From Candidatus Latescibacterota bacterium (lineage in GTDB: Bacteria; Latescibacterota; UBA2968; GCA-2709665): DNA of 64,000 nucleotides. Below the pieces are notes generated by a model. That model was given only the letters and a program-made list of their open reading frames with translations, was not told the DNA's origin and searched no databases. Made by a program: the position numbers and the translations under genes. Each line of letters begins with the position of its first letter. The first letter of the stretch is position 1. The stretch spans positions 640,001 to 704,000 of the forward strand of contig OZ252100.1 in NCBI GenBank assembly GCA_965248435.1, given 5' to 3'. Of this stretch, positions 37,695-48,906 are shown in pieces.

Positions 37695-39092
37695 CTATAT
37701 ATGAATCGCACGTTTATCCACGGCCAGTGCCGCTTCTTTGATCGCCTCGGGCATGGTCGGATGGGCATGCACCGAGCGCGCGATGTCTTCCGTGCTGGCC
37801 ATGAATTCCAGAGCGACAGCCCCCTCGGCGATCATCTCCGAGGCGCGGGCGCCCAGGATGTGCATCCCGAGCAGTCGATCGGACCCCTCCTCACCGAGGA
37901 TCTTAACCAGACCCTCGGTGGACTCGAGGCTGTGCGCCCTGCCGTTCGCCATGAAGGGGAACTTACCGATGCGAACGCTCAGGCCTTCCTCCTTCGCCCC
38001 CTCTTCGGTCATCCCGACGGAGGCCAGTTCCGGATGCGTATAGACAACGCCCGGGATCGCGTCGTAGTTCACGTGGCCGGCGTGGCCCGCCATGGTTTCG
38101 ACGGCGGCGACGCCCTCCTCCTCGGCCTTGTGCGCGAGCATCGGACCGGCGATCACATCTCCGATCGCGTAGATGCCTGGAACGTTCGTTTCGAACTGCT
38201 CGTTGACGGCAATCCGTCCCGCCCTGTCCAGCTCCACGCCCACGCCGTCTGTGTTCAGGCCTTCGCTGTGGGCTCTGCGTCCAACGGCGACCAGCAGACG
38301 ATCGCAGATCTCCTGTCGCTTCTCCGACCCGGTGACGAGCTCGAGATGGACCTTTCCGCCCTTCACCTCGGAGGTGTCTGCCTTCGTCTCGAGCAGAAAC
38401 TCCAGGCCCTGCTTCTCGAGCACGCGCTTCAGTTGGGTGCCCATCTCCAGGTCCATCCCGGGAACGATATGGTCCAGCATCTCGACGACCAGGACCGACG
38501 AACCCAAACGGTTCCAGACGGATCCGAGTTCCAGACCGATGGCCCCGGCGCCGATCACGACGAGCCGCTCGGGCACTTCAGGCAGGCACAGGGCTTCGGT
38601 GGAGCTGAGAATATGAGTGCTGTCGAACGGAAGGCTCGGCAGTTCGATCGGGACGCTTCCGGAAGCGATCAGAATCCGCTCTCCGCTCACCGTCTCCGTG
38701 CCCTTCTCACCCACCACCTCCACGGACCCTGCGCTGATCAGGTGTGCTGTTCCCTGGAGATGTGTGACCTTGTTCTTCCTGAACAGACCGCTGACGCCTC
38801 GCGTCATGTTCTGGACGATCTCGTCCTTGCGCTTCATCATCGCGCCCAGGTCCAGGCCCACCTTTCCCGTCTTGATCCCATGGCGCTTGAACGTGGTTCG
38901 GGCCTCGGAAAACAGCTCGCTCGATTCCAGAAGCGCCTTGCTCGGGATGCAACCAATGTTGAGACACGTGCCACCCAGGGCCTCCTTCTCCACGCACGCC
39001 ACCCGCATCCCCAACTGAGCGGCCCGGATGGCTGCAACGTAGCCTCCCGGGCCGGCCCCGATCACGATCAGATCGAATTTCTCTTCCGGCAT
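37695..39092 (-). CDS. lpdA: Dihydrolipoamide dehydrogenase
   Basis: GAGPGGY, GGTCLNIGCIPSK, GAGAIGLE, LAHKA, HAHPTMPE; ATG at 39092 with GGAG. Confidence 0.95.
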   Translation of the reverse strand: MPEEKFDLIVIGAGPGGYVAAIRAAQLGMRVACVEKEALGGTCLNIGCIPSKALLESSELFSEARTTFKRHGIKTGKVGLDLGAMMKRKDEIVQNMTRGVSGLFRKNKVTHLQGTAHLISAGSVEVVGEKGTETVSGERILIASGSVPIELPSLPFDSTHILSSTEALCLPEVPERLVVIGAGAIGLELGSVWNRLGSSVLVVEMLDHIVPGMDLEMGTQLKRVLEKQGLEFLLETKADTSEVKGGKVHLELVTGSEKRQEICDRLLVAVGRRAHSEGLNTDGVGVELDRAGRIAVNEQFETNVPGIYAIGDVIAGPMLAHKAEEEGVAAVETMAGHAGHVNYDAIPGVVYTHPELASVGMTEEGAKEEGLSVRIGKFPFMANGRAHSLESTEGLVKILGEEGSDRLLGMHILGARASEMIAEGAVALEFMASTEDIARSVHAHPTMPEAIKEAALAVDKRAIHI

Positions 39093-39140
39093 GTTGTCTC
39101 CGTTATTTATTTCCGAGTGACAAATTCGCGATTCTCCTGT

Positions 39141-39213
39141 TCGCCGTCTGGAGACGGCTCCTACCGGATGAATTGGCACCGTGCATCTGGTAGGAGCCAA
39201 CTCCCGTTGGCGA
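39141..39213. repeat. Inverted pair of GTAG-type REP sequences
   Basis: Minus GTAGGAGCCGTCTCCAGACGGCGA (39141-39164) and plus GTAGGAGCCAACTCCCGTTGGCGA (39190-39213). Confidence 0.75.
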
Positions 39214-39240
39214 CGATATGATTCGCGGTGTTTCTCTTGC

Positions 39241-40464
39241 TTAAACCTCTAACATCATCCGCGCAGGATCTTCCAGCAGCTGCTTGAGTCGGACGAGGAA
39301 CGTGACGGAATCTTTTCCGTCCACAATGCGATGGTCGTAGGTCAGCGCCAGGTACATCATCGGACGAATCTCGACCTGGTCCCCAACGGCCATCGGCCGA
39401 CTCAGAATGTTGTGCATTCCCAGGATACCGGTCTGGGGCGGGTTCAGGATCGGCGTCGAAAGCATCGAGCCGAACACGCCCCCATTCGTGATCGTAAACG
39501 TCCCGCCGCTAAGCTCTGCGACGCCGAGTTTTCCGTCCCTTGCCGCGAATGCCACACGTTTGATCTCGGACTCGATCTTCGCGAAAGACATCGTCTCTGT
39601 GTTCTTCAACACGGGAACAACGAGTCCTCGCTCCGTACTCACGGCAATCCCCGTGTGGACGTGCTGATGGTAGACGATCTCTTCCCCGTCGATGCTCGCG
39701 TTCACATCTTGAATTTCTTGGAGGGCAAGCACGGATGCCCTCACGAAGAACGACATGAGTCCCAGTGAAATTCCGTGCACTTCCTGAAACCGTTCCTTAT
39801 ACGCCTTCCGCAGGGCAAACACGCCGCTCATATCCACTTCGTTGAACGTCGTGAGCATCGCCGCGGTTTGCTGAGCGGACACGAGGCGCTCAGCGATCCG
39901 TCGACGGATACGGCTCATCGGGACACGTTTGATGCCCTCGGCATCGAATCCGGGCGCGGGCGGTGCCACAGGTACAGGCGACGGTTTCGGAGCAGGCGTT
40001 TTCGGTGCCTTCTCGACCTCTTGCCTCTTCACGTGGTCCACCACGTCCTGCTTCGTGATCCTCCCGTCTTTCCCCGATCCCTTGATTCCTGCCGGGTCCA
40101 CCGCCTCCTCTTCTATGAGGCGTCTGACCGCCGGGCTCAGGTCATCGTGGTGTGACCCAGCCGCCGGTTCGGGCGCGGCCGTTTTGGCCTCTTTTTTGAC
40201 GTCTGCCTTCTTGGCAGCCGGCGCGGCCCCCGATTCATCGATCCGAGCGACGGCCTCGCCAACCTGTACTGTATCCCCATCCTTCTTGAGCCTCTCAAGC
40301 GTACCGGCGCCCGGAGACGGGAGTTCCGCGTCCGCCTTGTCGGTCTCGATCACGCAGATCGGCTCATCCACTTCCACCTGGTCCCCGTCGGCCTTCAGCC
40401 ACTCCACGAGGATTGCTTCCGTCACAGATTCACCCAGTTCAGGAATTTCTACATCGATAGCCAT
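39241..40464 (-). CDS. sucB: 2-oxoglutarate dehydrogenase E2
   Basis: Lipoyl domain IETDKA, SPAVRRL binding domain, [19 protein letters not shown]. Confidence 0.95.
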   Translation of the reverse strand: MAIDVEIPELGESVTEAILVEWLKADGDQVEVDEPICVIETDKADAELPSPGAGTLERLKKDGDTVQVGEAVARIDESGAAPAAKKADVKKEAKTAAPEPAAGSHHDDLSPAVRRLIEEEAVDPAGIKGSGKDGRITKQDVVDHVKRQEVEKAPKTPAPKPSPVPVAPPAPGFDAEGIKRVPMSRIRRRIAERLVSAQQTAAMLTTFNEVDMSGVFALRKAYKERFQEVHGISLGLMSFFVRASVLALQEIQDVNASIDGEEIVYHQHVHTGIAVSTERGLVVPVLKNTETMSFAKIESEIKRVAFAARDGKLGVAELSGGTFTITNGGVFGSMLSTPILNPPQTGILGMHNILSRPMAVGDQVEIRPMMYLALTYDHRIVDGKDSVTFLVRLKQLLEDPARMMLEV

Positions 40465-40479
40465 GTCCTTTACCCCACG

Positions 40480-43230
40480 CTAGAGCCCGAGTGCCTCTTG
40501 AACGATCCGCTTCTGGTCTGCCTGATGCACCTGCATGTTTCCCACAGCCGTACTCGCCGATGGTTCCCTGCCGATGAACGTCAACTGTTTCTTGGAGGGC
40601 AGGAACTCGGCGATGTAGTCCTCTATGTAGTTCAATGCACCCTGGTTCTTAGGCTCCTCCTGGACCCAGAAGACCTCCTTCGCGTTCTCATATCGGTCCA
40701 GGACCTTTTCAATCTCGATACCGGGTAGGGGGTGCAACTGCTCCACGCGCACGATGGCGACGGCGTTCGCCTTGTCTCCTTCGCGGCCCTCCAGGATGTC
40801 GAAGTAGACCTTCCCGGAACACAGCACGACGCGCTTCACCTTTTTGGGTTCAGAGATGGAAGCGTCGTCGATCACCTCGTGGAATCGACCTTTCGTCAGG
40901 TCTTCCACGCTCGAAGTCGAGAGCTTGTGACGAAGCAGGCTCTTGGGCTGCATCAAGACGAGGGGCTTCCGGAAACTCCGGTGCATCTGCCTGCGCAGAG
41001 CGTGGAAATACTGGCCTGGTGTCGTCAGGCAGCACACCTGGATGTTGTCCTCCGCGGATAGCTGAAGGTAGCGCTCCAGGCGCGCACTCGAATGCTCCGG
41101 ACCCTGGCCTTCGTAGCCGTGAGGAAGGAGCATGACGAGCCCGCTCATGCGCCCCCACTTCGTCTCCCCGCTCGTGATGTACTGGTCGATGATCGGCTGT
41201 GCCATGTTCGCGAAATCGCCGAACTGCGCCTCCCAGATCGTAAGCTGCCAGGGGTCCGCAGAGCTGATTCCGTACTCGAAACCCACCACAGCCAGCTCAG
41301 ACAGCATCGAGTTCAGGACTGTAAACGTCGCCTTGCCTTCCGCCAGGTGCTCCAGTACAAAGTAGGGTTTTCCGTTCGTGACATCGTGCCAAACGGCGTG
41401 TCTGTGGCTGAACGTCCCCCTCTGACAGTCCTGCCCCGCCAGTCGAATCGAGATACCTTCAAGCAGGAGGCTGCCGAAGGCGAGCATCTCCGCACATCCC
41501 CAGTCGATCGGTGTCTTACCCTCAACCATGTCGCGTCGGGTGGCCAGCAACCGCTCCAGCTTCCTGTATGGTGAAAATCCGTCTGGAATGGTCGTTGCGT
41601 GCTTCGCGACCTTCTTCAGCTCCGTCTTCTTGACGGCGGTTTCCGCAGTCCACTCATCCCCAGGCCGGGTCAGCCCCTTCCAGACCCCACCCAGCGATGC
41701 CATTCGATGCTGCACGTGCTCGGCGCGCGCGGCCTCCTGCGCCTTCAGCAGGCGCTCCCGGACGTTGGACCGCATCCCCTCCACCTCGTCTTTTGTGATC
41801 AGATTGTGCTCCAGGAGACTTTCAGCATAAATCTTATCGACCGAGGGATGTTTGCCGATCTCCTTGTATCGTATCGGCTGGGTATAGGAGGGATCGTCGG
41901 ATTCGTTGTGACCGTACTTTCTGTAGCACCAGAGATCGATGATCACATCCGACTTGAATGCCTGACGAAACGCCATCGCCATTCTGGCCACGTGAACGAC
42001 GGCTTCGGGATCGTCCCCGTTCACGTGAAAGACGGGGGCGTGAATGACCTTCGCCACATCGGAAGGATAGGATGTAAATCGGGTTTGCCGCGGCGTCGCG
42101 GTAAACCCGATTTGATTGTTTACGATGATATGGATCGTGCCGCCGGTGTCGTACCCATTCAACTGCGTGAGGTTAAGCGTCTCGGTTACGATTCCCTGTC
42201 CCGTAAAAGACGCATCTCCGTGGATCAAGACAGGAATCACGCGGCCTTTCTGGATGTCGTCCAGCTGGTGCTGTTTGGCATAGACCATCCCCTCGATCAC
42301 CGGGTTCACAAGCTCCAGATGGCTGGGATTTGGACTGAGAGAGATGTGCACTTCACGTCCCTCCTGTGTAACGTAATCGTGGGAAAATCCCTGGTGATAC
42401 TTGACATCGCCCGACCCCTCGGAGCTCTCTTCCGGCTTCGTGCCCTCGAATTCACTCAGAATGGCCTCATACGGCTTATGCAGCAAATGGGCCAACACGT
42501 TCAGGCGTCCGCGATGGGCCATACCCATCACGATTTCGTCCACCTCCTGCGCCGCTCCCGATTCCGCCAGCGTTGACAGGAGCACGATCTGGGCCTCCCC
42601 GCCTTCAATCGAGAACCGCTTGTGGCCGAGATATTTGGTGTGCAGGAATTGCTCGAACCCCTCGGCAGCCACGAGCTGGGAGAGGATGTCGTGGCACTGT
42701 GACTTGGACAGTTTCGGTCGGTTCAGAACCGGCTCCATCTGCTTGTAGAGCCACTCACGCTGGCTTTTGAAAGGAATCTCCGTGAATTCCACTCCGATCG
42801 TCCTGCAGTAGGTCTGCCTGAGCTTGTCGATCAGGTCCCTGAGCGATCCGTCCGTCGGTCCCACAAACCCGCCGGAGCCGACCTGGCGATCCATGTCATC
42901 TTTGGAGAATCCACACTCGGAAATGTCCAGAAGGGGGTGTGCAGGCCTCTCGTAGCTCAGGGGATCCAGGTTCGATTCGAGGTGGCCGAAGGCCCGGAAG
43001 TTGTGAACAAGCCCGAAGGCACCCTTATCACGGGATGTATCATCATCCTCGAATTTGCCATCCCCGGACGCTGCCGCTGTCCCGGCTCCCCCGCTGCCCA
43101 GCTCGAATCCCGAGAAGAATACCAGCCACTCCTGGCCCAGTGAATCGGGATCGGCCTTGTACTGCTCGTAGAGATCCTCGACATAGTCCAGGCTCGAAAG
43201 GTTGGTAAAATCGATCTTATTCATGGTCAT
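40480..43230 (-). CDS. sucA: 2-oxoglutarate dehydrogenase E1
   Basis: KRFSIEG, GMAHRGRLN, GDVKYH, NPSHLE, HGDASF.GQG, WEAQFGDF, GQGPEHSSAR. Confidence 0.97.
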   Translation of the reverse strand: MTMNKIDFTNLSSLDYVEDLYEQYKADPDSLGQEWLVFFSGFELGSGGAGTAAASGDGKFEDDDTSRDKGAFGLVHNFRAFGHLESNLDPLSYERPAHPLLDISECGFSKDDMDRQVGSGGFVGPTDGSLRDLIDKLRQTYCRTIGVEFTEIPFKSQREWLYKQMEPVLNRPKLSKSQCHDILSQLVAAEGFEQFLHTKYLGHKRFSIEGGEAQIVLLSTLAESGAAQEVDEIVMGMAHRGRLNVLAHLLHKPYEAILSEFEGTKPEESSEGSGDVKYHQGFSHDYVTQEGREVHISLSPNPSHLELVNPVIEGMVYAKQHQLDDIQKGRVIPVLIHGDASFTGQGIVTETLNLTQLNGYDTGGTIHIIVNNQIGFTATPRQTRFTSYPSDVAKVIHAPVFHVNGDDPEAVVHVARMAMAFRQAFKSDVIIDLWCYRKYGHNESDDPSYTQPIRYKEIGKHPSVDKIYAESLLEHNLITKDEVEGMRSNVRERLLKAQEAARAEHVQHRMASLGGVWKGLTRPGDEWTAETAVKKTELKKVAKHATTIPDGFSPYRKLERLLATRRDMVEGKTPIDWGCAEMLAFGSLLLEGISIRLAGQDCQRGTFSHRHAVWHDVTNGKPYFVLEHLAEGKATFTVLNSMLSELAVVGFEYGISSADPWQLTIWEAQFGDFANMAQPIIDQYITSGETKWGRMSGLVMLLPHGYEGQGPEHSSARLERYLQLSAEDNIQVCCLTTPGQYFHALRRQMHRSFRKPLVLMQPKSLLRHKLSTSSVEDLTKGRFHEVIDDASISEPKKVKRVVLCSGKVYFDILEGREGDKANAVAIVRVEQLHPLPGIEIEKVLDRYENAKEVFWVQEEPKNQGALNYIEDYIAEFLPSKKQLTFIGREPSASTAVGNMQVHQADQKRIVQEALGL

Positions 43231-43355
43231 TCCTCAGCCGCACCAGGAGAAACTGCAATCCCTTCGCCCGTATTCCAGGGCGCAAATGTAATACTCCCGG
43301 GTACTTATTGTCAAGCCAAACGAGGCTGTGAGCCGATGTATAAACGGTTATCCTC

Positions 43356-43442
43356 GACCACCGACCGCGGACCACGGACCGGTTAAACCCAAAAGATGGC
43401 GCTATTCATCTCGCCGTCTGCCGTCCGTGGTCTGCCGTCCGC
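43356..43442. repeat. Heptamer-periodic inverted repeat (GACCRCR family), copy 2
   Basis: GACCACC GACCGCG GACCACG GACCGGT ... CGCCGTC TGCCGTC CGTGGTC TGCCGTC. Confidence 0.75.
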
Positions 43443-43599
43443 ATCTCCGACAACTCTTTGTTTTACAAAAAGATTGCGCACAGGTCGCGTTCTCCGATTC
43501 AGGTAAGGCCCGCAATTTTTGGGGTCGTTGCCCTTTCCGAGACCGGAGATCGGACCGGAGCGTCCCGGCGGACGAGGGGTCTCAAGTCTAATGTTTTTC

Positions 43600-43628
43600 T
43601 TGACACGTCCCACGATTAATTTTATATT
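43600..43628 (+). promoter_or_regulatory. Sigma70 promoter of the ilv-leu operon
   Basis: TTGACA-N17-TATATT. Confidence 0.75.
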
Positions 43629-43686
43629 TTTCAACAGCTAAAGACACACTTTGAGGAATCACACTATCATTCTGAGCTTGAGACAA

Positions 43687-43872
43687 ATGTTGACATTCCA
43701 CTCACCTTTTGATTCCGCCGCCCGCCTGCACCCACCGCGTCTTGCCAGGATTATTCTGATCCTCCCCGTACTTCTGAGCCTCAAACTGACTATATAGTCA
43801 GAGGCACCATCTCGAGTCGTTCTCCAATAACAGAAAGGACCAGGGATTGAGCCTCTGAAGCGATTCAAAGGC
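43687..43872 (+). promoter_or_regulatory. Branched-chain amino acid leader peptide and attenuator-like structure
   Basis: Leader ORF 43687-43797 with run IILILPVLL; TCAGAGGC (43798-43805) complementary to GCCTCTGA (43851-43858), which also forms hairpin 43851-43872. Confidence 0.7.
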
Positions 43873-43907
43873 AGTCGCCGCCTTATATCTACTAAAGGAT
43901 GTTGATC

Positions 43908-44417
43908 ATGGCCGAACAGCACACCATCTCTGCCCTCGTCGAAAACCACTTCGGGGTTCTATGCCGCGTCTCGGGGCTCTTCTCCAGCCGGGGATTCAAC
44001 ATCGATAGCCTCTCCGTCGGAGAGACCGAAGACCCCAGCATCTCACGAATGACGATTGTCGTCAAGGGGGACGACGCAGTTCTGGAACAGGTCGTAAAAC
44101 AGCTCAATCGTCTCGTCGACGTGATCCGGGTGATCGACATTACGCAAGGCAAATTTGTCGAACGCGAGTTGGCCTTGATCAAAGTAAAAGCAGACACTGC
44201 AACACGTTCCGAGATTATTCAGATTGCAGAGGTCTTCAGGGCGAACATCGTCGACGTCAGCACGGCCTCGATGACGATTGAAACAACGGGAAAAGAAGAC
44301 AAGATCTTGGCGATCATCAACATGCTCCGGACATACGGAATTAAAGAGATCGCCCGCACGGGCAACGTGGCCCTCCTACGGGATTACCAGCCCAAGGTCG
44401 ATTCGGGTGCGGAGTAG
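43908..44417 (+). CDS. ilvN: Acetolactate synthase small subunit
   Basis: [47 protein letters not shown]. Confidence 0.95.
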   Translation: MAEQHTISALVENHFGVLCRVSGLFSSRGFNIDSLSVGETEDPSISRMTIVVKGDDAVLEQVVKQLNRLVDVIRVIDITQGKFVERELALIKVKADTATRSEIIQIAEVFRANIVDVSTASMTIETTGKEDKILAIINMLRTYGIKEIARTGNVALLRDYQPKVDSGAE

Positions 44418-44461
44418 GAACCACATTAACCTGAGGATCATTCAGGGGAGGAGTATTCGAA

Positions 44462-45457
44462 ATGCGGATGTACTATGATAAGGATGCAGACCTCGGCGTC
44501 TTGAACGGCAAGACCGTGACCGTGATTGGCTACGGAAGCCAGGGCCACGCCCATTCCCTAAATCTACACGAAAGCGGCGTCAAGGTCGTCGTGGGTCTTC
44601 GCGAGGGAAGCGGTTCCTGGCAGTCGGCAGAGGACGCCGGACTGAAGGTGATGCCCATATCTGACGCAGCCAGCGCCGGTGACGTCATTATGATCCTCAT
44701 CAACGACGAAGTGCAGGGAAAGGTCTACAACGAACAGATCGCGCAGGGTCTGATGGGTGGTAACGCAATCGCCTTCGCGCACGGATTCAACATCCACTTC
44801 GGACAGGTGGTGCCGCCCGCGGATGTTGACGTCTTCATGGTTGCGCCCAAGGGTCCCGGACATCTGGTACGTCGCGTTTTCTCTCGTGGAGGCGGCGTGC
44901 CTGCCCTCCTGGCCATCCACCAGAATCCGACAGGAAAGGCAAGAGAGGTTGGACTGGCCTATGCGAAAGGCCTCGGAACGACCCGGGCCGGCGTGATCGA
45001 GACGACCTTCAAGGAAGAGACGGAGACGGATCTGTTCGGGGAGCAGGCGGTGTTGTGCGGTGGGATGACCGAGCTCATCCGTGCCAGCTTCGACACCCTG
45101 GTCGAGGCTGGATATCAGCCGGAAATTGCCTATTTCGAGTGTCTCCACGAGGTGAAACTGATCGTAGATTTGATCTACGAAGGCGGCATCGCCAACATGC
45201 GTTCCTCCATCTCAGACACGGCCGAATTTGGCGATCTAACGCGGGGCAGACGCATTGTGACGGATAAGACGCGTCAAACAATGAAAAAGATTCTGGATGA
45301 AATCCAGTCAGGCGTGTTTGCCAAGGAGTGGCTGCAGGAGAATCAGGTGGGCCGCCCTGTCTACTCTGCGCGGAAGCGTCAGGACCAGAACCACCTGATC
45401 GAAGAGGTGGGCGCAAAACTGAGGGGGATGATGCCCTGGCTGAAAGAGGATGAGTAA
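44462..45457 (+). CDS. ilvC: Ketol-acid reductoisomerase
   Basis: [42 protein letters not shown]. Confidence 0.97.
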   Translation: MRMYYDKDADLGVLNGKTVTVIGYGSQGHAHSLNLHESGVKVVVGLREGSGSWQSAEDAGLKVMPISDAASAGDVIMILINDEVQGKVYNEQIAQGLMGGNAIAFAHGFNIHFGQVVPPADVDVFMVAPKGPGHLVRRVFSRGGGVPALLAIHQNPTGKAREVGLAYAKGLGTTRAGVIETTFKEETETDLFGEQAVLCGGMTELIRASFDTLVEAGYQPEIAYFECLHEVKLIVDLIYEGGIANMRSSISDTAEFGDLTRGRRIVTDKTRQTMKKILDEIQSGVFAKEWLQENQVGRPVYSARKRQDQNHLIEEVGAKLRGMMPWLKEDE

Positions 45458-45636
45458 CGAGAAGCCCAATCAGGTTAACGTTCCAGTGTAAAGGGGGTGA
45501 GGACAGATGGAACCCGGTCTTGGTGACCTGAAGGAGAATAGCGAGCTCTGGCTTATCGGGCAGGTGGAACTGGAGCGCCGGTGGGTTCCATCTGCCAAAA
45601 GGACCGATTGACTCCGGCGTAAGGAGGTCTTAGAAG

Positions 45637-47181
45637 ATGTCAGAACATGATCGTGTTATCATCTTTGACACCACGTTGAGAGATGCCGAGCAGACCCCCG
45701 GGGCATCTTTGACCGTGCGGGAAAAGCTGGAGATTGCGCACCAGCTGGCCCGACTAAAGGTAGACGTTATCGAAGCAGGTTTTCCGATCTCTTCGAACGA
45801 AGATTTCGAGGCCGTCCACCGGGTCGCGTCTGAAGTCGAGGGACCTATCATCTGCGGGCTGGCGAGGGCGCTGCCGCAGGACGTGGATCGCGCGTGCGAG
45901 GCGCTTCGTGATTCGCCGAATCCCCGGCTGCACACCTTTATCGGAACGTCTCCCAACCACATCGAAATGTTGCGGAAAAAGCCCGCGGACGTCCTCAAGA
46001 TGGCTGTGGCTGCCGTGGAGAACGCGAAGTCAAAGGTGGAAGATGTAGAGTTTTCCCCGATGGACGCCACGCGGACGGAGCCCGAGTACCTCTTCGAGGT
46101 CCTCACAGCCACGATCGACGCCGGCGCCACGACAGTCAACATCCCCGACACCGTCGGCTATGCCGTCCCGGAGCAGTTCGGTGCGCTCATTCGGGACATC
46201 ATCAAGCATGTGTCCAACATCCAGAAGGCCGTGATCAGCGTCCACTGTCACGACGATCTCGGCATGGCCGTTTCCAACACCTTGATCGCCCTGAAAAACG
46301 GCGCCCGCCAGGCGGAGTGTACGATAAACGGCCTCGGCGAGAGGGCCGGGAATGCCTCGCTCGAAGAGATCGCCATGGCCGTGCGCACACGGCGTGACTA
46401 TTTCAATATCGACTCCAACATCGAATCCCGGGAAATCACTCACACCAGTCGGCTCGTCAGCCGGTTGATGGGCATCGGCGTCCCGCCCAACAAGGCGATC
46501 GTCGGATCAAACGCCTTCGCGCACAGTTCCGGCATCCACCAGGACGGTGTCTTGAAGCAGCGGGAAAACTTCGAAATCATCGCACCCCAGGATGTCGGCC
46601 TGGAGGACACGCAGATCGTGCTCACTGCTCGGTCCGGCCGCCACGCCCTGCGACACCGGCTGGAAAAACTGGGAACTCAGCTCTCTCAGGAGGACCTGGA
46701 TAAGACTTATGAACGCTTTCTGCGCGTCGCGGACAAAAAGAAGGAGGTCTATGACGAGGACCTGATCGCGATCGTGAGCGACGAAATCCGGGACATTCCC
46801 GAAAAGTACCACCTCGACTACCTCCACACAGTCAGCGGGACTGGAACGGTCCCATCCGCCACCGTCCGGCTCCGCGTGGACAACAAAGAAACCATTCAGG
46901 AATCCGCCTGGGGAGACGGCCCCGTCGACGCCACCTACCGGGCCATCGCCAAGGCCACCAAAACCGTCATCAAAGTGGATGAGTATATCATCCGCTCTGT
47001 AACGAGCGGGGCCGAGGCCATGGGCGAAGTCAACCTGCGCGTCACCCAGAACGGCCTGCACGCAACAGGGCGCGGCGCCTCTACGGATATCATCGAGGCC
47101 AGCGCAAAGGCCTACGTCGACGCGCTCAACCGGCTGGCTGCACGCAAGAAGATGAGTGGACCTCAGCCAGAAGGGGTTTAA
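45637..47181 (+). CDS. leuA: 2-isopropylmalate synthase
   Basis: FDTTLRD.EQ.PG, IEAGFP, HCHDDLG, GERAGNA, HSSGIHQDG, C-terminal regulatory domain. Confidence 0.95.
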   Translation: MSEHDRVIIFDTTLRDAEQTPGASLTVREKLEIAHQLARLKVDVIEAGFPISSNEDFEAVHRVASEVEGPIICGLARALPQDVDRACEALRDSPNPRLHTFIGTSPNHIEMLRKKPADVLKMAVAAVENAKSKVEDVEFSPMDATRTEPEYLFEVLTATIDAGATTVNIPDTVGYAVPEQFGALIRDIIKHVSNIQKAVISVHCHDDLGMAVSNTLIALKNGARQAECTINGLGERAGNASLEEIAMAVRTRRDYFNIDSNIESREITHTSRLVSRLMGIGVPPNKAIVGSNAFAHSSGIHQDGVLKQRENFEIIAPQDVGLEDTQIVLTARSGRHALRHRLEKLGTQLSQEDLDKTYERFLRVADKKKEVYDEDLIAIVSDEIRDIPEKYHLDYLHTVSGTGTVPSATVRLRVDNKETIQESAWGDGPVDATYRAIAKATKTVIKVDEYIIRSVTSGAEAMGEVNLRVTQNGLHATGRGASTDIIEASAKAYVDALNRLAARKKMSGPQPEGV

Positions 47182-47234
47182 AGGCCGTCGTTCGTGAGAT
47201 CGCTTTTCCGAGTAGCCTTGTGCGCACACTCCGC

Positions 47235-47360
47235 TTGTCATTCCGAGCGTCAGCGAGGAATCTCAACAGGCAACGCAGCAGCCGCTACGTTGGCGTGAGA
47301 GATCGGCGAGTACTTCGCTCTTGAGATTCCTCGTCGCCAAAGGGCTCCTCGGAATGACAA
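47235..47360. repeat. Nested palindromic element (REP/MITE-like)
   Basis: TTGTCATTCCGAG/CTCGGAATGACAA outer and CGAGGAATCTCAA/TTGAGATTCCTCG inner perfect 13-bp IRs. Confidence 0.8.
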
Positions 47361-47488
47361 ACTTAGCTCTGGAGAGTTTCGGTTCTTTATTAAACCCGGC
47401 TGCGAGGGGGTTGGGCATCCTCCTTCATCATTCGACATTCTGCTTTTCGACACTCATCGTTCCATTTCTTGAGGGGTAAACGCCAACA

Positions 47489-48892
47489 ATGGGCCAGAGT
47501 CTGTTTCAAAAGGTCTGGGATGCGCACACCGTCCGTGAGCTCCCTTCGGGTCAAACCCAGCTCTTCGTCGGGCTGCATCTGATCCACGAAGTCACCAGCC
47601 CGCAGGCCTTTCAGATGATGCGGGAACGCGGCCTCGCAGTCGCCTATCCGGAGCGGACGTTCGCGACGGTCGATCACATCGTGCCCACCGAGATCCGAAC
47701 CCGGCCCTTCATCGACAACCTGGCTGAAGAAATGATGGGGGCCCTCGAAGAGAACACCGATGAGTTCGAGATCCCCCTCTTCGGCCTGAACGACGATCGC
47801 CAGGGGATCGTGCACGTTATCGGCCCCGAACTCGGACTCACACAGCCCGGCATGACCATCGCCTGCGGAGACAGCCACACCTCCACCCACGGCGCGTTCG
47901 GGGCGATCGCCCTCGGCATCGGCACCTCTCAGGTCCGCGACGTCCTGGCCACGCAGTGCCTGGCGCTGGAGCCACTCAAGGTCCGCCGAATCCTCGTGAC
48001 CGGCTCGCTGCCTTCCGGCGTTTACGCTAAGGACGTGATCCTCAACATCATCCGCCGGCTCGGGGTGAAGGGTGGCGTCGGTTACGCCTACGAATACGGC
48101 GGTTCCGTTCTCGACGCAATGAGCATGGAAGAACGCATGTCCGTCTGCAACATGTCGATCGAGGGAGGCGCAAGGGCCGGCTATGTCAATCCGGATCAGA
48201 CGACGTTCGACTATTTGGAAGGCCGTCCCCATATCCCATCGGGTGACGCCTTCGGCCGTGCCGTAGATTGGTGGACCTCGATGGCCTCCGACAGGGATGC
48301 CGACTACGACGATGTCTTCGAGCTTGACGCCATCCAGTTGGAGCCGACGGTCACGTGGGGCATCAATCCAGGCCAGGGGATCTTCGTGACCGAGAAGATT
48401 CCGAAGCCTGAGGATGTGTCCGAAGGCGAACGGGACGCCGTCACCGAAGCCTGCGAATTCATGGACTTCAAACCCGGCGCACCCATTGCCGGAACGCGGA
48501 TCGACGTCGCCTTCATCGGCTCCTGCACAAACAGCCGCATCTCCGATCTGAGAGAGGCTGCCAAGATCGCAAAAGGTCAGCGAGTTTCGCCCAACATCAA
48601 GGCCCTTGTCGTCCCGGGATCTCAAGCGGTGCGCAAGGCAGCCGAGGCGGAAGGGCTTCACGAAGTCTTCAAGGCGTCCGGTTTCGAGTGGCGGGACGCA
48701 GGGTGCTCGATGTGTCTTGCCATGAACCCGGACAAGCTTCAGGGTCGTGAGATCTGCGCGTCTTCCAGCAACCGCAATTTTAAAGGCCGGCAGGGCAGCC
48801 CGACGGGCCGAACCCTCCTGATGAGTCCGGCCATGGTCGCAGCCGCCGCTATCGCCGGAGAGGTCGTTGACGTACGTCAGCTTATGAATTGA
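47489..48892 (+). CDS. leuC: 3-isopropylmalate dehydratase large subunit
   Basis: [44 protein letters not shown]. Confidence 0.97.
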   Translation: MGQSLFQKVWDAHTVRELPSGQTQLFVGLHLIHEVTSPQAFQMMRERGLAVAYPERTFATVDHIVPTEIRTRPFIDNLAEEMMGALEENTDEFEIPLFGLNDDRQGIVHVIGPELGLTQPGMTIACGDSHTSTHGAFGAIALGIGTSQVRDVLATQCLALEPLKVRRILVTGSLPSGVYAKDVILNIIRRLGVKGGVGYAYEYGGSVLDAMSMEERMSVCNMSIEGGARAGYVNPDQTTFDYLEGRPHIPSGDAFGRAVDWWTSMASDRDADYDDVFELDAIQLEPTVTWGINPGQGIFVTEKIPKPEDVSEGERDAVTEACEFMDFKPGAPIAGTRIDVAFIGSCTNSRISDLREAAKIAKGQRVSPNIKALVVPGSQAVRKAAEAEGLHEVFKASGFEWRDAGCSMCLAMNPDKLQGREICASSSNRNFKGRQGSPTGRTLLMSPAMVAAAAIAGEVVDVRQLMN

Positions 48893-48906
48893 GGGAAGGA
48901 AGCTTT

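Noticed and set aside
37650-39221. 523-aa plus-strand ORF
   Set aside because: Antisense shadow of lpdA.
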